NCBI GenBank assembly: GCA_964016885.1
Contig: OZ024740.1
Coordinates: 290,594,001 to 290,658,000 of the forward strand
Direction of reading: 5' to 3'
Source of the DNA: Eledone cirrhosa
Taxonomy: Eukaryota
DNA: 64,000 bases
The stretch's first letter is position 1, and the number at the start of each line of letters is the position of its first letter. The notes under the pieces are model-generated. The model was not told where the DNA came from and ran no database searches. It saw nothing but the letters and a program-made list of their open reading frames with translations. Below are positions 62,451-64,000 of the stretch, in pieces. The position numbers and the translations under genes were made by a program.

Positions 62451-64000
62451 GTTTTTTATTTGGGTGCCCCGTTTGTTATTTGGGTGCCCCGTTTTTTATT
62501 TGGGTGCCCCGTTTTTTTATTTGGGTACCCCGTTTTTTATTTGGGTGCCCCGTTTTTTTATGGGGGGGGGGTCCGTTTTTTATTTGGGTGCCCCGTTTTT
62601 TTATGGGGGGGTCCGTTTTTTATTTGGGTGCCCCGTTTTTTTATTTGGGTGCCCCGTTTTTTTATGGGGGGTCCGTTTTTTATTTCGGTGCCCCATTTTT
62701 TGATGGGGGGTCCTTTTTTTATTTGGGTGCCCCGTTTTTTATTTGGGTGCCCCGTTTTTTTATGGGGGGGGTCCGTTTTTTATTTGGGTGCCCCGTTTTT
62801 TATTTGGGTGCCCCGTTCTTTATTTGGGTGCCCCGTTTTTTATTTAGGTGCCCCGTTTTTTTATGGGGGGGGGGTCCGTTTTTTATCTGGGTACCCCGTT
62901 TTTTATTTGGGTACCCTGTTTTTTATTTGGGTGCACCGTTTTTTTATGGGGGTGTCCGTTTTTTATCTGGGTACCCCGTTTTTTATTTGGGTACCCCGTT
63001 TTTTATTTGGGTGCCCCGTTTTTTATTTGGGTGCCCCGTTTTTTATTTGGGTGCCCCGTTTTTTTTACGGGGGGGTCCGTTTTTTATTTGGGTGCCCCGT
63101 TTTTTTATGGGGGGGGTCCGTTTTTTATTTGGGTACCCCGTTTTTTATTTGGGTGCCCCGTTTTTTTATGGGGGGGTCCGTTTTTTTATGGGGGGGTCCG
63201 TTTTTTATTTGGGTACCCCGTTTTTTATTTGGGTGCCCCGTTTTTTATTTGGGTACCCCGTTTTTTATTTGGGTGCCCCGTTTTTTATTTGGGTGCCCCG
63301 TTTTTTTATGGGGGGGGTCCGTTTTTTGTTTGGGTGCCCCGTTTTTTATTTGGGTGCCCCGTTTTTTATTTGGGTGCCCCGTTTTTTTATTTGGGTACCC
63401 CGTTTTTTATTTGGGTGCCCCGTTTTTTTATGGGGGGGTCCGTTTTTTATTTGGGTGCCCCGTTTTTTATTTGGGTGCCCCGTTTTTTATTTGGGTGCCC
63501 CGTTTTTTATTTGGGTGCTCCGTTTTTTATTTGGGTGCCCCGTTTTTTTATGGGGGGGTCCGTTTTTTATTTGGGTGCCCCGTTTTTTATTTGGGTGCCC
63601 CGTTCTTTATTTGGGTGCCCCGTTTTTTATTTGGGTGCCCCGTTTTTTTATGGGGGGGTCCGTTTTTTATCTGGGTACCCCGTTTTTTATTTGGGTACCC
63701 CGTTTTTTATTTGGGTGCCCCGTTTTTTTATGGGGGTGTCCGTTTTTTATCTGGGTACCCCGTTTTTCATTTGGGTACCCCGTTTTTTATTTGGGTGCCC
63801 CGTTTTTTATTTGGGTGCCCCGTTTTTTTATGGGGGTCCGTTTTTTATTTCGGTGCCCCGTTTTTTGATGGGGGGGTCCGTTTTTTATTTGGGTGCCCCG
63901 TTTTTTTATGGGGGGGGTCCGTTTTTTATTTGGGTGCCCCGTTTTTTTATGGGGGGGGTCCGTTTTTTATTTGGGTGCCCCGTTTTTTATTTGGGTGCCC

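Larger units (their letters stand above)
1..64000 (+). repeat. Tandem satellite DNA array, ~20-bp monomer (type A TTTTTTATTTGGGTGCCCCG interspersed with type B TTTTTTTATGGGGGGGTCCG); open at both window edges
   Basis: The 20-bp unit is directly visible on every line from position 1 to 64000, always in the same orientation, with no non-repeat interruption. The + strand is T/G-rich with only about one A per monomer. Confidence 0.99.

Noticed and set aside
7-63868. Giant + strand ORFs in all three frames (up to 6453 aa at 12121-31482) encoding FFIWVPRFLFGCPVFYLGAP-like repeats
   Set aside because: The consensus 20-mers lack TAA/TAG/TGA on the + strand, and 20 is not divisible by 3, so all frames give the same low-complexity peptide. 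Frequent 1-bp indels show no frame constraint. Stops arise only from rare variants. The minus strand has TAA in nearly every monomer.
1-64000. CRISPR array
   Set aside because: The repeats abut directly, with no unique spacers, leader or cas genes.
1-64000. Telomerase-synthesised telomeric tract (TTTGGG / TTATTTGGG resembles TTAGGG or TTATTGGG-type motifs; G/T-rich strand)
   Set aside because: The monomer includes a C4 block, two monomer types alternate, and point variants are propagated in kb-scale duplications. This fits recombinational satellite evolution rather than template-directed addition. A subtelomeric location cannot be excluded.
1-64000. Information-encoding or diversity-generating cassette system (A/B as a code, DGR or antigenic-variation array)
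   Set aside because: There is no associated enzyme gene, expression site or unique flank. The monomer order is adequately explained by nested duplication and slippage.
1-64000. Purely synthetic or sequencing-noise sequence
   Set aside because: Rare variants recur in consistent order at multi-kb offsets with a nested history, which noise would not produce. Individual homopolymer lengths and copy numbers may still be errors.
1-64000. Embedded transposons, RNA genes or strand inversions
   Set aside because: I saw no A-rich (inverted) monomers and no non-satellite stretch anywhere in the window.

Overview
The whole 64 kb window is one uninterrupted, head-to-tail tandem satellite array of a ~20-bp monomer, roughly 3,150-3,200 units by simple division. 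Two monomer types are interleaved. The major type A is TTTTTTATTTGGGTGCCCCG and the minor type B is TTTTTTTATGGGGGGGTCCG, with variable G- and T-run lengths. A small set of recurrent variants also occurs (GGTACC, TCTGGGTACC, GGATACC, GGCGCC, CCCTAT, CCTCG, TTCGG, TTTGAT and others). I see no genes, RNA genes, transposons, CRISPR spacers, inversions or unique sequence. The very long + strand ORFs are artefacts of a stop-free 20-mer. The informative structure lies above the monomer level: ordered variant 'grammar', sub-domains with different variant sets, and nested duplications of 0.26-9 kb. These include a ~9.0/7.1 kb pair, a ~8.3/7.5 kb pair with an internal 843-bp duplication, and a 3x1,972-bp nascent higher-order repeat. 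The architecture (alternating T-tracts and G/C clusters at ~20-bp period) resembles curved-DNA satellites such as those of avian microchromosomes and the W chromosome, but that assignment is inference only. I found no evidence for a protein-coding system. Boundaries were read by eye and are approximate.
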